A stretch of 64,000 bases of DNA from Candidatus Terrybacteria bacterium RIFCSPHIGHO2_01_FULL_43_35. Lineage in GTDB: Bacteria > Patescibacteriota > Minisyncoccia > Terrybacterales > GWB1-40-14. Position numbers and translations under genes: made by a program. The DNA is taken from assembly GCA_001822815.1 (NCBI GenBank), contig MHSR01000013.1, positions 18,808-82,807 of the forward strand, in the 5' to 3' direction. The notes beneath the pieces are model-generated. The model saw only the letters and a list, made by a program, of their open reading frames with translations. It had not been told where the DNA came from and did not search any database. Below are positions 48,039-57,102 of the stretch, piece after piece; the stretch's first letter is position 1, and every line of letters starts with the position of its first letter.

Positions 48039-49499
48039 CTATGACGGTTCACCGAACCGTTTATCTTTTAATCCATGACTGGCCAGAATTCCAAGCAACA
48101 ACCAAAACAGTAAACGTCCTTGCTGCAAAGTCCAGGAGAAATGGTCAAAAAAACCGACAAATAAAATTAGCCCCAAAGAAATCCCGGCGGCTAAAACAAA
48201 ATTGTTGTTTTGCCAAGATAAATTCTTAATCTTTGAGGCTGTGCGATAAAAAACAGAAAGCACAAGACATATAAATATAAAAAGAGATATTAAACCGTTC
48301 TCCGCGGCTATTAAAAGATAGATATTGTGCGCCGGCTGGTAAACCCAGTCCTTTAATTTAAATCTAGGGGTGGGTTGACCGATATTTTCAACAAAGTCTC
48401 CTGGCCCAACCCCAACAAGCGGTTTGGCTTCAATCAATTCAATGGCGGTTTGATTATAAAAAAGCCTGAAGCCAACGGCCTGCTCTTCTCTCGCCACGGA
48501 AACTCTGGGCACAATAAAAGGAAAAAGGGCCAATAATACCAATACAGCTGCAACCGCATTAACAGATATGGTGAAAATAATCATACGCAAAACATCAGAA
48601 CGCGGTCTTATAGTTATTTTAGCCTTTTCCACTATGCCGGCGTGAAAATATTTTGCGATAAGGAACCCAAAAAAGATGGTTTCTCCAGCCAGTAATCCGA
48701 CCCATACAGCTCGGGAACCGCTAAGCGCTAAAGCAAAAAAAGATAGCAGCAGAAAAGAGCCAAATATTATTTTAATTAAAATTGCTCTTTTATTATCCCG
48801 ATTGTCTTTCAAGTAATTTAACAAAAGGGCGTTAATAATGAGAACGGCTACGGCCAAATATGCCGCCAAAACGTTGGGGTGAGGCGTTGTGCCATAAACA
48901 CGTATTACTGTCGCTCCCGCAACGTGCATTTTTGCAACTCCGTTTATCAACATACCCAATGGCGATTCGCCAAGCAACCGCAAGCCTAGATCACTTTGGA
49001 ATTTGAACTGTAAAAGAGCTATTAAAGATTGCGCGATCGCTCCAAGACCCATGCCCACTGCAAGAACCTTAAATAAGACATCGGGCTTAAGAAATCGCGG
49101 GATAAAAAATAGAATAAACAATTCAAGAAATTTAATAAAGGTCCAGGCGGCAATGTGCTTATTGGCCGCAAAAGCTAAAGAGGTAACGATAGTTATCAAA
49201 AATCCCAACAGAAATATTTCAACAATTACTTCTGAAAGACTCTTTTTGAATTCCTGGGTTACCTCTGCAGGATAAAATGATTGTCTCGCGATGATCAGAA
49301 AAGCGACCGCCGCAAGCAATATATCCGTTCCCCACAACCAGGCGCTTGAATATTCGTTGCCTTCAAGGCCGTGACCTAAATCGGCAAGAAAAATCCGCGT
49401 TTGAAAAGGTATGGCTAAAATAAAAAACGTAAACGCGATGGCCAAAAGGCTATCGTATTTTTTTTGTTTGCCGATAATTTTAGTTGTGCGGTCTGCCAT
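48039..49499 (-). CDS. O-antigen ligase (WaaL/Wzy_C) family protein
   Basis: RVYGTTPHPNVLA, LSGSRAVW, GVGPGDF, PAHNIYLLIAAENG, FDH. Confidence 0.9.
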   Translation of the reverse strand: MADRTTKIIGKQKKYDSLLAIAFTFFILAIPFQTRIFLADLGHGLEGNEYSSAWLWGTDILLAAVAFLIIARQSFYPAEVTQEFKKSLSEVIVEIFLLGFLITIVTSLAFAANKHIAAWTFIKFLELFILFFIPRFLKPDVLFKVLAVGMGLGAIAQSLIALLQFKFQSDLGLRLLGESPLGMLINGVAKMHVAGATVIRVYGTTPHPNVLAAYLAVAVLIINALLLNYLKDNRDNKRAILIKIIFGSFLLLSFFALALSGSRAVWVGLLAGETIFFGFLIAKYFHAGIVEKAKITIRPRSDVLRMIIFTISVNAVAAVLVLLALFPFIVPRVSVAREEQAVGFRLFYNQTAIELIEAKPLVGVGPGDFVENIGQPTPRFKLKDWVYQPAHNIYLLIAAENGLISLFIFICLVLSVFYRTASKIKNLSWQNNNFVLAAGISLGLILFVGFFDHFSWTLQQGRLLFWLLLGILASHGLKDKRFGEPS

Positions 49500-49500
49500 A

Positions 49501-50643
49501 TCAATGTGTTAGAAATACTATAGCCTCTCCTGCGATGCCGAATAAAAAAATGGTTATTAAAATCAACGGAGCAAGCTTGTTGACCCTTATAAGCGATTCA
49601 AATTCGCTCCGCTTACTAAGTTTCAAGAAAATCGCTGCTATCAATATACCGTCGACTCCGCCCAATAACGAACCAACGAAACCGATAACTGTGTTAAAAC
49701 TGCGTATACCTATCAAAAAAAGCAGCAGCGGAATAAATACCGCCGTAAATCCAGCACTGATCTTTTGGAATTTCAAATCATAATTTAGAGTATCAGCAAG
49801 ATACAGGCCGATGCTAACGAACGATGTTGCTATGGCCAAAAAACCTATTGCAAGGGCTAATTTTATAACCCACGGGTTAAGTAACAAAATGAGGCCCGTT
49901 ATGGCCTCAGTAGATGTATTTTCTCCGCTCAAGCTCAAAACAGCAAAAGTGAATAAAATATAGCTTATAAGCGGTAATGTAGAACCCAATAATATAGCTT
50001 GGCGCAGTTTATTCTTTTTGGACGTAAGTATTTCTGCCGCCTTCGGAATTGCATTTGCTCCGTAAAGTGAAAATAAAATGACTCCATATGGCAAGAAGGA
50101 ATTTTCTGGCGAACCTTGCGGAATATGCGCCAAGGCACCTTTATCCAAGAGAGCGGCTACCAAAACGCCAAGACCCAAAAACATAGCAATACTGGCTAAA
50201 ATTTCAAAACTGGCAACGGACCTTATGCCCAAAAGCACCATTGTGGAAAGTATGGCCCAAATTATAATTGCGGCTTTTTCAGGAGAAATATCTATTATGC
50301 CTTCAAGAAAAAGTGAGGTGAATTTCCCGCCGACTATCAAATAAACCAATAGTGCTCCGGAAGTTCCAATGATGGTACTGATAAAAGGAATAAATTTGAA
50401 TTTTTCGCCTAAATTATTTTCTACCAAACCGATAAGTCGTCTATGGCTGTTGCCGTTAATTTGGATGGAACCGTATAAAAGATGCAGAAACAATATAGCA
50501 CTACCCAAAATAACAAACCAAAAAAGCCCCGCCGCGGGGCCCGAACGTGCAATGGTATGAGGTAGAGCAAAAACTCCTACCCCGAATATGGTACCGGCTA
50601 TTGTGGCCGTAGCGCCCCAAAAACGCCGTTGTTCCTCGGTCAT
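49501..50643 (-). CDS. aromatic amino acid permease (HAAAP) family transporter
   Basis: GTIFGVGVFALP, PYGVILFS, AIATSF; about 11 TM helices. Confidence 0.88.
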   Translation of the reverse strand: MTEEQRRFWGATATIAGTIFGVGVFALPHTIARSGPAAGLFWFVILGSAILFLHLLYGSIQINGNSHRRLIGLVENNLGEKFKFIPFISTIIGTSGALLVYLIVGGKFTSLFLEGIIDISPEKAAIIIWAILSTMVLLGIRSVASFEILASIAMFLGLGVLVAALLDKGALAHIPQGSPENSFLPYGVILFSLYGANAIPKAAEILTSKKNKLRQAILLGSTLPLISYILFTFAVLSLSGENTSTEAITGLILLLNPWVIKLALAIGFLAIATSFVSIGLYLADTLNYDLKFQKISAGFTAVFIPLLLFLIGIRSFNTVIGFVGSLLGGVDGILIAAIFLKLSKRSEFESLIRVNKLAPLILITIFLFGIAGEAIVFLTH

Positions 50644-51149
50644 AACGACTCGTGGTGATCTGGTGGTTTATTATGAACAACCCAGTGTTCCGGCTCAACA
50701 CGTTTCAGAAAAAAGAAGATTAGAACGACCAAAACTGCGGTTACAACGCCTATTAAATACATACCGAAACCTATAGCCGTGCCTATGGCGGCAACAACCC
50801 AAAGTCCGGCCGACGTAGTTAAACCCTCAACACGGAAGCCTCTAAAAACTATTAATCCCGCGCCCAAAAAACCTATGCCAACAACTATCTGCGAAACTAT
50901 GCGGGTTGGATCATAATTATAACGGAAAGTGGGATCTGCTGTTTCGCTTAATGGAACCAGGTGGTTAATTCCGAGCAACGACACTATGGTAAAAAGGCAT
51001 GCGCCAAGCGAAACAAAAGAAAATGTTCTCAAGCCTGCGGATTTGCCGACAATTTCACGTTCTATACCAACGATTGCTCCGAGGCCTGCGGCAAGCAACA
51101 GACGGAAAACCGATTCTACTTCAGGAACATTATGGAAAATATCAATCAT
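50640..51149 (-). CDS. MgtC/SapB family protein
   Basis: GIERE...AGLRT, DPTRIVSQIVVGIGFLGAG, GLTTSAGLW. Confidence 0.92.
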   Translation of the reverse strand: MIDIFHNVPEVESVFRLLLAAGLGAIVGIEREIVGKSAGLRTFSFVSLGACLFTIVSLLGINHLVPLSETADPTFRYNYDPTRIVSQIVVGIGFLGAGLIVFRGFRVEGLTTSAGLWVVAAIGTAIGFGMYLIGVVTAVLVVLIFFFLKRVEPEHWVVHNKPPDHHESL

Positions 51150-51169
51150 GGATAAAAATTATATTGCGT

Positions 51170-51421
51170 CTAATTAGCTAAAAATACCTTGTCTCCGGCT
51201 TTTGTTTTCTGGTCAAGTTTCATGCCTATTTCATCTCCGGTGCTAGCGCTTGCTATTGCCTTATGATCGACTTCCATAGAGGAAACTTGTTGGATGAAAT
51301 CGGCACTTGCGCCTTTAACGTGTATACTATCCCCTATTTTAAGTGGTCCTGAGAGCTTAAGTACGGCAACTCCGATATTGCCGTAAAAGTGTGTTATGGT
51401 AGCAATTTGTTTCTCTTCCAT
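51170..51421 (-). CDS. small beta-barrel protein (EF-Tu domain 2 / U32 C-terminal-like)
   Basis: ITHFYGNIGVA...LKIGDSI..KG...F.Q.V.SM...GDEIG. Confidence 0.8.
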   Translation of the reverse strand: MEEKQIATITHFYGNIGVAVLKLSGPLKIGDSIHVKGASADFIQQVSSMEVDHKAIASASTGDEIGMKLDQKTKAGDKVFLAN

Positions 51422-51425
51422 ATAT

Positions 51426-52034
51426 TTATTTTATGCGTCTTCTATTTTTTTGCGAAGACGTATTACTTCTAATATTCTTGGTTTGACTTTCTTCTAGCAA
51501 TTTTATAACTTTGGCAACTAGGCGCTTGGGATTGCTATCGTAACATATGGCTCCCGTGCCGCGATGGGCTCTGGCTACCAAGCTTTTAATAATTTCGGTT
51601 ACTCCGCCAGAACCCACCAAAACACCTATAGGTTTTTTATCCTCAAATGCAATAGTGAATTCATTGAGAGTTCCCATCCTACCGCAAATCAAAATTACGG
51701 CATCGGCGGCGCGCGTAAGCAAGAGATTGCGCCCGGAATAATCAAAACCCGTATAGACTATTATATCAAAATAATCTGTAGGTAGCCTATAAGTTTTCAC
51801 ATGAGCTTCTTCAGAGGCTGCTGGCGATAAGCCTATGGAAAGACCTCCGGCTTCTTTTGCGCCTATAGCTGCCCAATAAGGAATGCCGTTGGTCGCACCA
51901 GTAACCAAAACCCCTCCTTGCAATATTATTTCTCGTCCAACTTCTTTGGCAAATTCTGTCGCCTTAGGTGAACACCAATCTGTCTCGGCGGCTCCGGAAA
52001 CGCAAATCTTATATTTTTGATACTTATTAGACAT
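51426..52034 (-). CDS. LOG / TIGR00725 family protein
   Basis: ICVSGAA, LVTGA, SIGLSP, GRN, GRMGTLNEF. Confidence 0.85.
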   Translation of the reverse strand: MSNKYQKYKICVSGAAETDWCSPKATEFAKEVGREIILQGGVLVTGATNGIPYWAAIGAKEAGGLSIGLSPAASEEAHVKTYRLPTDYFDIIVYTGFDYSGRNLLLTRAADAVILICGRMGTLNEFTIAFEDKKPIGVLVGSGGVTEIIKSLVARAHRGTGAICYDSNPKRLVAKVIKLLEESQTKNIRSNTSSQKNRRRIK

Positions 52035-52147
52035 AAAGAAGTGCAAAACGTAAAACTAAAGGCGCAAAACAAAAACCCAAGCCCTTAATATACTTTAACT
52101 CTGGATTGCTTTTACTTTTTCGCTTTGCACTTTACGCTTTTATTATA

Positions 52148-52276
52148 CCTCGCTAGATAAATTGTGTGAAATTATTATAGAAATAAGATTAGATTAAATC
52201 ACCAAACAGCCCCGGCAACCAAAAAGTCTTGATGGACTTTTTGGTTCTCGGCTTTATCGTAATTTTCTAACGGGAC
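52148..52276. repeat. nested palindromic element (CTCGCTAGA...TCTAACGGG with inner AACCAAAAAGTC/GACTTTTTGGTT)
   Basis: Same terminal family as 19321-19441. Confidence 0.65.
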
Positions 52277-52279
52277 AGG

Positions 52280-53644
52280 CTACAACTCGTGCTTATCGTC
52301 CATAAACGGCGCCTGCGCATCAAGATTCAAAAATTCTTTTATATGGCTGACTAAAGCCAAGGAAGCGGCTTCTTCGCCGTGGGTAACAAAAATATTTTTG
52401 GGTGGGTTTTTTATTTTGTCTAGCCAGGCTACCAAGCCTTCTTGATCGGCATGCGAAGAATAGGCTCCCAAACCCTTCACTAGGGCATTAACTCTGACGG
52501 ATTGGCCCAAAATGCGCACCGAACGCGCGCCGTCAAAAAGTCTACGGCCCAAAGAGCCGGCTGCCTGATAGCCCATAAAAAGAAGTACGGAGTTGGAGTC
52601 GGAAAGATATCGAACGGCGTGGTGCAAAATGCGCCCACCTATCATCATGCCCGAACCAGCAATGATGATTTTGGGCGGCGGTACGCCATTGATTTGTTTT
52701 GATTCGGCAACCGTCGGAGTCATAACCATACCAGGGAAGCTGAATAATTTGTCTCCTGAAGCGATCAGCTTCTTGGCTTCAACGTTATAATAATCAGGAT
52801 ATCTTTCATAAATTTTTGTAGCGTGAATGGCCAAAGGACTATCAATAAATACCGGGATGGGCGTAATTTGTTTTTGTTCAACAAATTTATCTATCTCAAA
52901 TAAAATTTCTTGTTCTTTTTCAAAAGCGAATACAGGCATCATCAATACGCCTTTGTTAGCTATAACTTTTTCTATTATCGTTTCCAGTTTTTTATTACGC
53001 TCATCTCTTACTTCGTGTATTTTATTTCCATAAGTAGACTCGATTATCACGTAATCGGCTTGTTCAACTGCTTCCGTGGGTTTCAGTAGAGGCGTAGGCG
53101 GATTACCTAAATCCCCGGAAAAAACTATTGTCTTCCCTTCTATCTTTAATTCTATTATTGATGAGCCCAGGACGTGCCCCGCATCAAGTAACCTGAAGGA
53201 TATATCGGGGGCCAGCTTAGTCTCTTCTCTATAATTGACGGTTTTGAATTGCCTAATGGTCTCAGTAACATCGGCGTCAAAATACAACGGTTTTCCGCCG
53301 ATATCCTGGGATTCTTGGAGCATCAGCTCGGCTGCGTCGCGCAAAAGTATCTCGGCAAAATCTTTTGTCGGAGGCGTAGAATAAATAGATCCGCGATAAC
53401 CTTCCTTTACCAACTTTGGTAATTTGCCCGTATGATCCATGTGGGCATGAGTTATCAGCACTGCGTCCAGTTCACTTGGCTCAAAAACAAATGGCTTAAT
53501 GTTTGCGCCCTCATAGAAACGACAATCTTGGGACATTCCACAATCGACCAAAATCTTTTGGCCTTCGGTTTCAATTAAATACTGTGAGCCGGTAACCTTG
53601 CGCGCCGCTCCCAAAAAAGAAAGGGTCACTGACATATGACCCAT
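52280..53644 (-). CDS. MBL-fold beta-CASP ribonuclease (Ysh1-like)
   Basis: GAARKVTGS, THAHMDHTG, AGHVLGS, FSGDLG, ESTYG, SSHAD, THGE. Confidence 0.93.
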   Translation of the reverse strand: MGHMSVTLSFLGAARKVTGSQYLIETEGQKILVDCGMSQDCRFYEGANIKPFVFEPSELDAVLITHAHMDHTGKLPKLVKEGYRGSIYSTPPTKDFAEILLRDAAELMLQESQDIGGKPLYFDADVTETIRQFKTVNYREETKLAPDISFRLLDAGHVLGSSIIELKIEGKTIVFSGDLGNPPTPLLKPTEAVEQADYVIIESTYGNKIHEVRDERNKKLETIIEKVIANKGVLMMPVFAFEKEQEILFEIDKFVEQKQITPIPVFIDSPLAIHATKIYERYPDYYNVEAKKLIASGDKLFSFPGMVMTPTVAESKQINGVPPPKIIIAGSGMMIGGRILHHAVRYLSDSNSVLLFMGYQAAGSLGRRLFDGARSVRILGQSVRVNALVKGLGAYSSHADQEGLVAWLDKIKNPPKNIFVTHGEEAASLALVSHIKEFLNLDAQAPFMDDKHEL

Positions 53645-53676
53645 TATACATTGAAATTCTGTTTTTAAACTAACTG

Positions 53677-53916
53677 CTAAGTCTTGATCTTACGGGCTTT
53701 AAGTCTTCGGTAAAAAAGGCTTAAAAAAATCATGGCCGATAAACTAAAAAACACAAAACTGCCGGCGTTGGCAAGCGCCGGATCCACGTAAGGCAGGGTC
53801 CAATGCCAAAAATTGACCCACAGAGCCTTGTCTCCCTGAGCCTGAAGAAAATCCCTTACTGCATGGTAAAAGGATAGTACCGCGGCTGTAAGATACACGA
53901 AATTTATACTGTCCAT
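53677..53916 (-). CDS. small membrane protein
   Basis: 79 aa, two hydrophobic helices, basic tail. Confidence 0.65.
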   Translation of the reverse strand: MDSINFVYLTAAVLSFYHAVRDFLQAQGDKALWVNFWHWTLPYVDPALANAGSFVFFSLSAMIFLSLFYRRLKARKIKT

Positions 53917-53968
53917 ATAGAATGTATAAGTTATATAATAAGATTTACTTTTAAAATAATCAATGCTG

Positions 53969-54007
53969 TGCCCCCGCGAGGAATTGAACCCCGATTTCAG
54001 CCTCCGG
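53969..54007 (-). pseudogene. 3' half of a second, different tRNA-Arg(CCG)
   Basis: CCGGA-GGCTG-AAAT-CGGGG-TTCAATT-CCTCG-CGGGGGC-A; begins at the anticodon. Confidence 0.8.
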
Positions 54008-54040
54008 CTTGCCCCGCGCTAAATTTGTATTACCTGTGCG

Positions 54041-54113
54041 TGTCCTCGAGAGGAATCGAACCCCCAGTCTCCTCCTCCGGAGGGAGGCGTTTTATCCATT
54101 AAACTACGAGGAC
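54041..54113 (-). tRNA. tRNA-Arg(CCG)
   Basis: GTCCTCG/CGAGGAC acceptor, CCTCC-CTCCGGA-GGAGG anticodon arm, GGTTCGATTCC T arm; CCA not encoded. Confidence 0.93.
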
Positions 54114-54481
54114 AAATTTTAGTGCGAGGGCGTTGTCAGCCACCTTATGATAAAGTCGCGTGCGATTTTTGCCACGCCGTAGCGTGATCCCACCTTCTTA
54201 AAAAATTAAATAACTGTGACAGAAAAATGCGAATCCGCCTGTGGCGGAAACTATAAGCGCATTATACATCTATAACTACCTTTGAAAAGTTTATTTGTTC
54301 AACGATAGTACCCGCCGCATGCGCTTTTCTTTGATTGTTTTTGACATAGATATAGCCATTTCTCATTGTGGAGAAAACCGCCATATGTGTCTGCACATTA
54401 CCACTATGTATTGACTTTTTCTATAATAAGTATATACTATATTTACTCAGTTCTCACCAGCATACCAAAAAGGAGCTCTCC

Positions 54482-54712
54482 ATGTTTCGGCTATTCGCCT
54501 GGCTCCAATCACACAACTCCTTTAAGACAAGTGATAGACAATGTCGGCTTTGTCGTCTCAATCCCGGACGATGCCCCGTGTGTAGGGGGTCCCGCATCGT
54601 ACCAGGCCTCCTTTTGGGCTACCCGTGTTTGTTATGTAAAAACTCCTCGGGAATCTGTCCGGACTGCGACGGCAACGGCGTCCGCGAAGAGGCGCCTGCA
54701 AACGGTGGCTAA
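54482..54712 (+). CDS. small protein with four CxxC pairs (DnaJ-like zinc finger)
   Basis: AAGGAG SD; CRLC, CPVCRGS, CLLC, CPDCDGNG; promoter TTGACT-16-TATACT at 54411-54438. Confidence 0.75.
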   Translation: MFRLFAWLQSHNSFKTSDRQCRLCRLNPGRCPVCRGSRIVPGLLLGYPCLLCKNSSGICPDCDGNGVREEAPANGG

Positions 54713-54929
54713 AAAGCTTCATTGCTTCAAAATCTCCGGTTCGATAGAAACCCCTCGTGCGCATATCCCAGACGAGTACACGACCGCCCATTCTGCGGCA
54801 CGGGCAATGCGAAATGTTGCGAGGCGCTTAGAGGAACGGTATGGACTCGCCGAAGGCGCTCTTTATACTGGAAACCTCAGGGCGGTCCCGTGCAACGAGG
54901 ACCAACCCAACGATAAAAAAATCCCGTAG
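54705..54929 (+). CDS. hypothetical 74-aa protein (MAKKLHCFKISG...)
   Basis: GTG overlapping the upstream ORF end; terminator-like ATCCCGTA/TACGGGAT at its stop. Confidence 0.5.
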   Translation: MAKKLHCFKISGSIETPRAHIPDEYTTAHSAARAMRNVARRLEERYGLAEGALYTGNLRAVPCNEDQPNDKKIP

Positions 54930-55139
54930 CAATACGGGATATTATTACGCCAGCGAAACGTGGCGTTCGTTGAATGTTTCCGGCCCCATGTTGGCTTCGC
55001 TACATCTTTATCCGCCCGTTCTGCGCGTTGCGAAGCCGGCGCTGAAACAAAAACTTTTCCCGCACGAAACGCCCGCGAAACGCGCTGGGTGTTCTATACG
55101 CAACTTTGTCACGTTTTGCCGCTTTCATTGAGTATTTTT

Positions 55140-55317
55140 TCATAATCTTAAACTCGGCAATATGGCCCCTCGTTGTTCAATCCATCCACGGTGATATATT
55201 TCTATACCATCCTGCAATATGAGCAAAAACCAGAATATGGCAATTAACAACGCGATCTTGAACCAATTTTCTTTCGCGAAGTTTACTATTTTTTTTGAGT
55301 AGTGTTGATTTTCCCAT
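55140..55317 (-). pseudogene. small membrane protein gene with apparent +1 frameshift in an A8 run
   Basis: ATG 55317 MGKSTLLKK joins IVNFAKENWFKIALL... only if one A of 55289-55296 is removed. Confidence 0.5.
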
Positions 55318-55339
55318 ATAAAGTTAATAAAAAATATAA

Positions 55340-55483
55340 GACTTACGCGCTTACCTTTTTGAGCGGATTCCGAGGCCATTTTGGCATGGTTCCCGAGCGC
55401 GAGCGAGGGACAAAATGGCCAAGGCCTCGGAGCCCCGCGCTGGCGGGGCGAGAATGAGTGAGAAAAGAGTAAGCGTGTAAGTC
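55340..55483. mobile_element. MITE-like palindromic element, same terminal family as 15948-16177
   Basis: GACTTACGCGCTTAC/GTAAGCGTGTAAGTC ends; inner CCGAGGCC and GGCCATTTTG arms. Confidence 0.75.
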
Positions 55484-56039
55484 AAATATACCTATCCGCC
55501 ACTACTGACGCGGCTATAGACTCTGGCTTCCATTTAATATTTTCCAAAGGAAAACCGTAACCCAAAAGCATGCCAATTATTTCACGCATAATAACCGAGG
55601 TGCGGCCCGACTCCCCCACATCGGCATGCACTTCAATATTATTAGATATGTCTTCACCTAAAATCTGCTTGAGTCGCGATCTTAATTCTACCGTCAAGGT
55701 TCCGGTCAAAATAACCTCTTGATAAATCCTTTTGGGGTGGAAACCGCCGCTTTTATATTCTTTACCCTTGCCCCAGGTTATAGTTCTCCAGGCTCGCGCG
55801 CCGTGGCCAACTCGCCAAAGAACAATCGCGGAGACAAATTTGACTTCGCCGTTTATTTCTTCTGAATCCGTGCCGACCGAAACTTTAAAATTATCTCCTG
55901 GCATTGAGCTGTATGAGGCGACAATAAAATCAACTACTTCCAAGAAGGAGCAGGATCCGCTGGTTATGCTCAAAAATGGCTGTTCGGATAAATTATTATC
56001 CATGTTGGGCACTTTAACAAAAGAATAACCTCCATGCAA
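55482..56039 (-). CDS. RNase H-like YkuK (DUF458) family protein (start uncertain)
   Basis: VGTDS, FVSAIV..RVGHG, RIYQE, IEVHADVG..G, KPES.AAS.VADR. Confidence 0.85.
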   Translation of the reverse strand: MHGGYSFVKVPNMDNNLSEQPFLSITSGSCSFLEVVDFIVASYSSMPGDNFKVSVGTDSEEINGEVKFVSAIVLWRVGHGARAWRTITWGKGKEYKSGGFHPKRIYQEVILTGTLTVELRSRLKQILGEDISNNIEVHADVGESGRTSVIMREIIGMLLGYGFPLENIKWKPESIAASVVADRYI

Positions 56040-56051
56040 ACGCGTGGAGGT

Positions 56052-57101
56052 TTATTTAACTTTACTTGGTTTTTGTGAAATTCTTTTGCCGATTAATCGA
56101 AACGGGTTAAAAACATCTATTCTTTCGATATAAAGAGTGAAATATGCCAGCAGAGCCAGTATCGCTATCAGGAAAAATGGCGCAGATATGTTCTCATAAA
56201 CCTTGACAACAATCATGGCGTCAACAGGACCTTGACCAATGACGTCTTTCAATGCCCCGGCTAAATTCTCGGCATTATTCTCGGTAAAGAATTGTCCGCC
56301 TGTTTCTGAAGCCAAATAGCGAAGTTCCGTGTCATAGACCAGCAGAGGTTTCGGATCATATCCTGTTACCTGTCTGGTTTTTTTGTCGCGCAACCAGATA
56401 TGCTCTGAATTGTCGCCGATATTTACGGCAAAAACCTTGATGCTTTGGTTCTTTAAGTAACGGATGGAATCCGGGGTGTGGGGCTCGACGATGTCGCCAT
56501 CGCTAATCACAACAATGATCTTCTTTTGGGTTTTAGGTGTAAACTCGGTCGGCAATCTATACATGGCTTGCCAGACTTCGCTACAGTTATCTCTGTTGGT
56601 GCATGCCTTCTGCAAAGAGCCGGCAACGAGATTCACATTCAACATGTCATCCAAAGTCGAAAAGGATGTGGTGAACGGCACTTGCGGCACTGTTATGTTC
56701 GTAAAAGCATAAACTGCTATCGGAATGCCGGGTAATTCACCAGCAACTTCTCTGATTAGATCCTTGGCTCTGTCTATACGAAGTAGTGAATCGGCCTGTT
56801 TGGATCCGGCCATGCTGGCTGAAAGATCAACCGCAAACATGATTTGCACGTCAGATCTGGCAGGCACGGACTTTACGGTCTTTTCGGTATTGATTTGCGG
56901 CTGAGCCAAACCCGTCGCCATGGCAGATATAAATACCAGGCCCAAGATTAGTTGTCCGCGTATAGAAAGACTCTTGGGTTCTTGGCTGAAGCCAATTTTC
57001 TTGCCCAAACTAATCTTAAACGCACGGTCTTTGACTAACACGACAACGAAAGGGATTAACAACAGTATGAGCAGAAAGGCATGAGGCTCCAATAGAGTCA
57101 T
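56052..57101 (-). CDS. vWA domain membrane protein (BatB/MxaL-like)
   Basis: Two N-terminal TMs, LAQPQ, VDLSASM MIDAS, ISDGD, C-terminal TM. Confidence 0.88.
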   Translation of the reverse strand: MTLLEPHAFLLILLLIPFVVVLVKDRAFKISLGKKIGFSQEPKSLSIRGQLILGLVFISAMATGLAQPQINTEKTVKSVPARSDVQIMFAVDLSASMAGSKQADSLLRIDRAKDLIREVAGELPGIPIAVYAFTNITVPQVPFTTSFSTLDDMLNVNLVAGSLQKACTNRDNCSEVWQAMYRLPTEFTPKTQKKIIVVISDGDIVEPHTPDSIRYLKNQSIKVFAVNIGDNSEHIWLRDKKTRQVTGYDPKPLLVYDTELRYLASETGGQFFTENNAENLAGALKDVIGQGPVDAMIVVKVYENISAPFFLIAILALLAYFTLYIERIDVFNPFRLIGKRISQKPSKVK

Positions 57102-57102
57102 C

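Noticed and set aside
54366-54704. long N-terminal extensions of the ORFs at 54366 and 54368
   Set aside because: They cross a promoter; SD-supported start is 54482, and GTG 54705 is likelier for the other frame.
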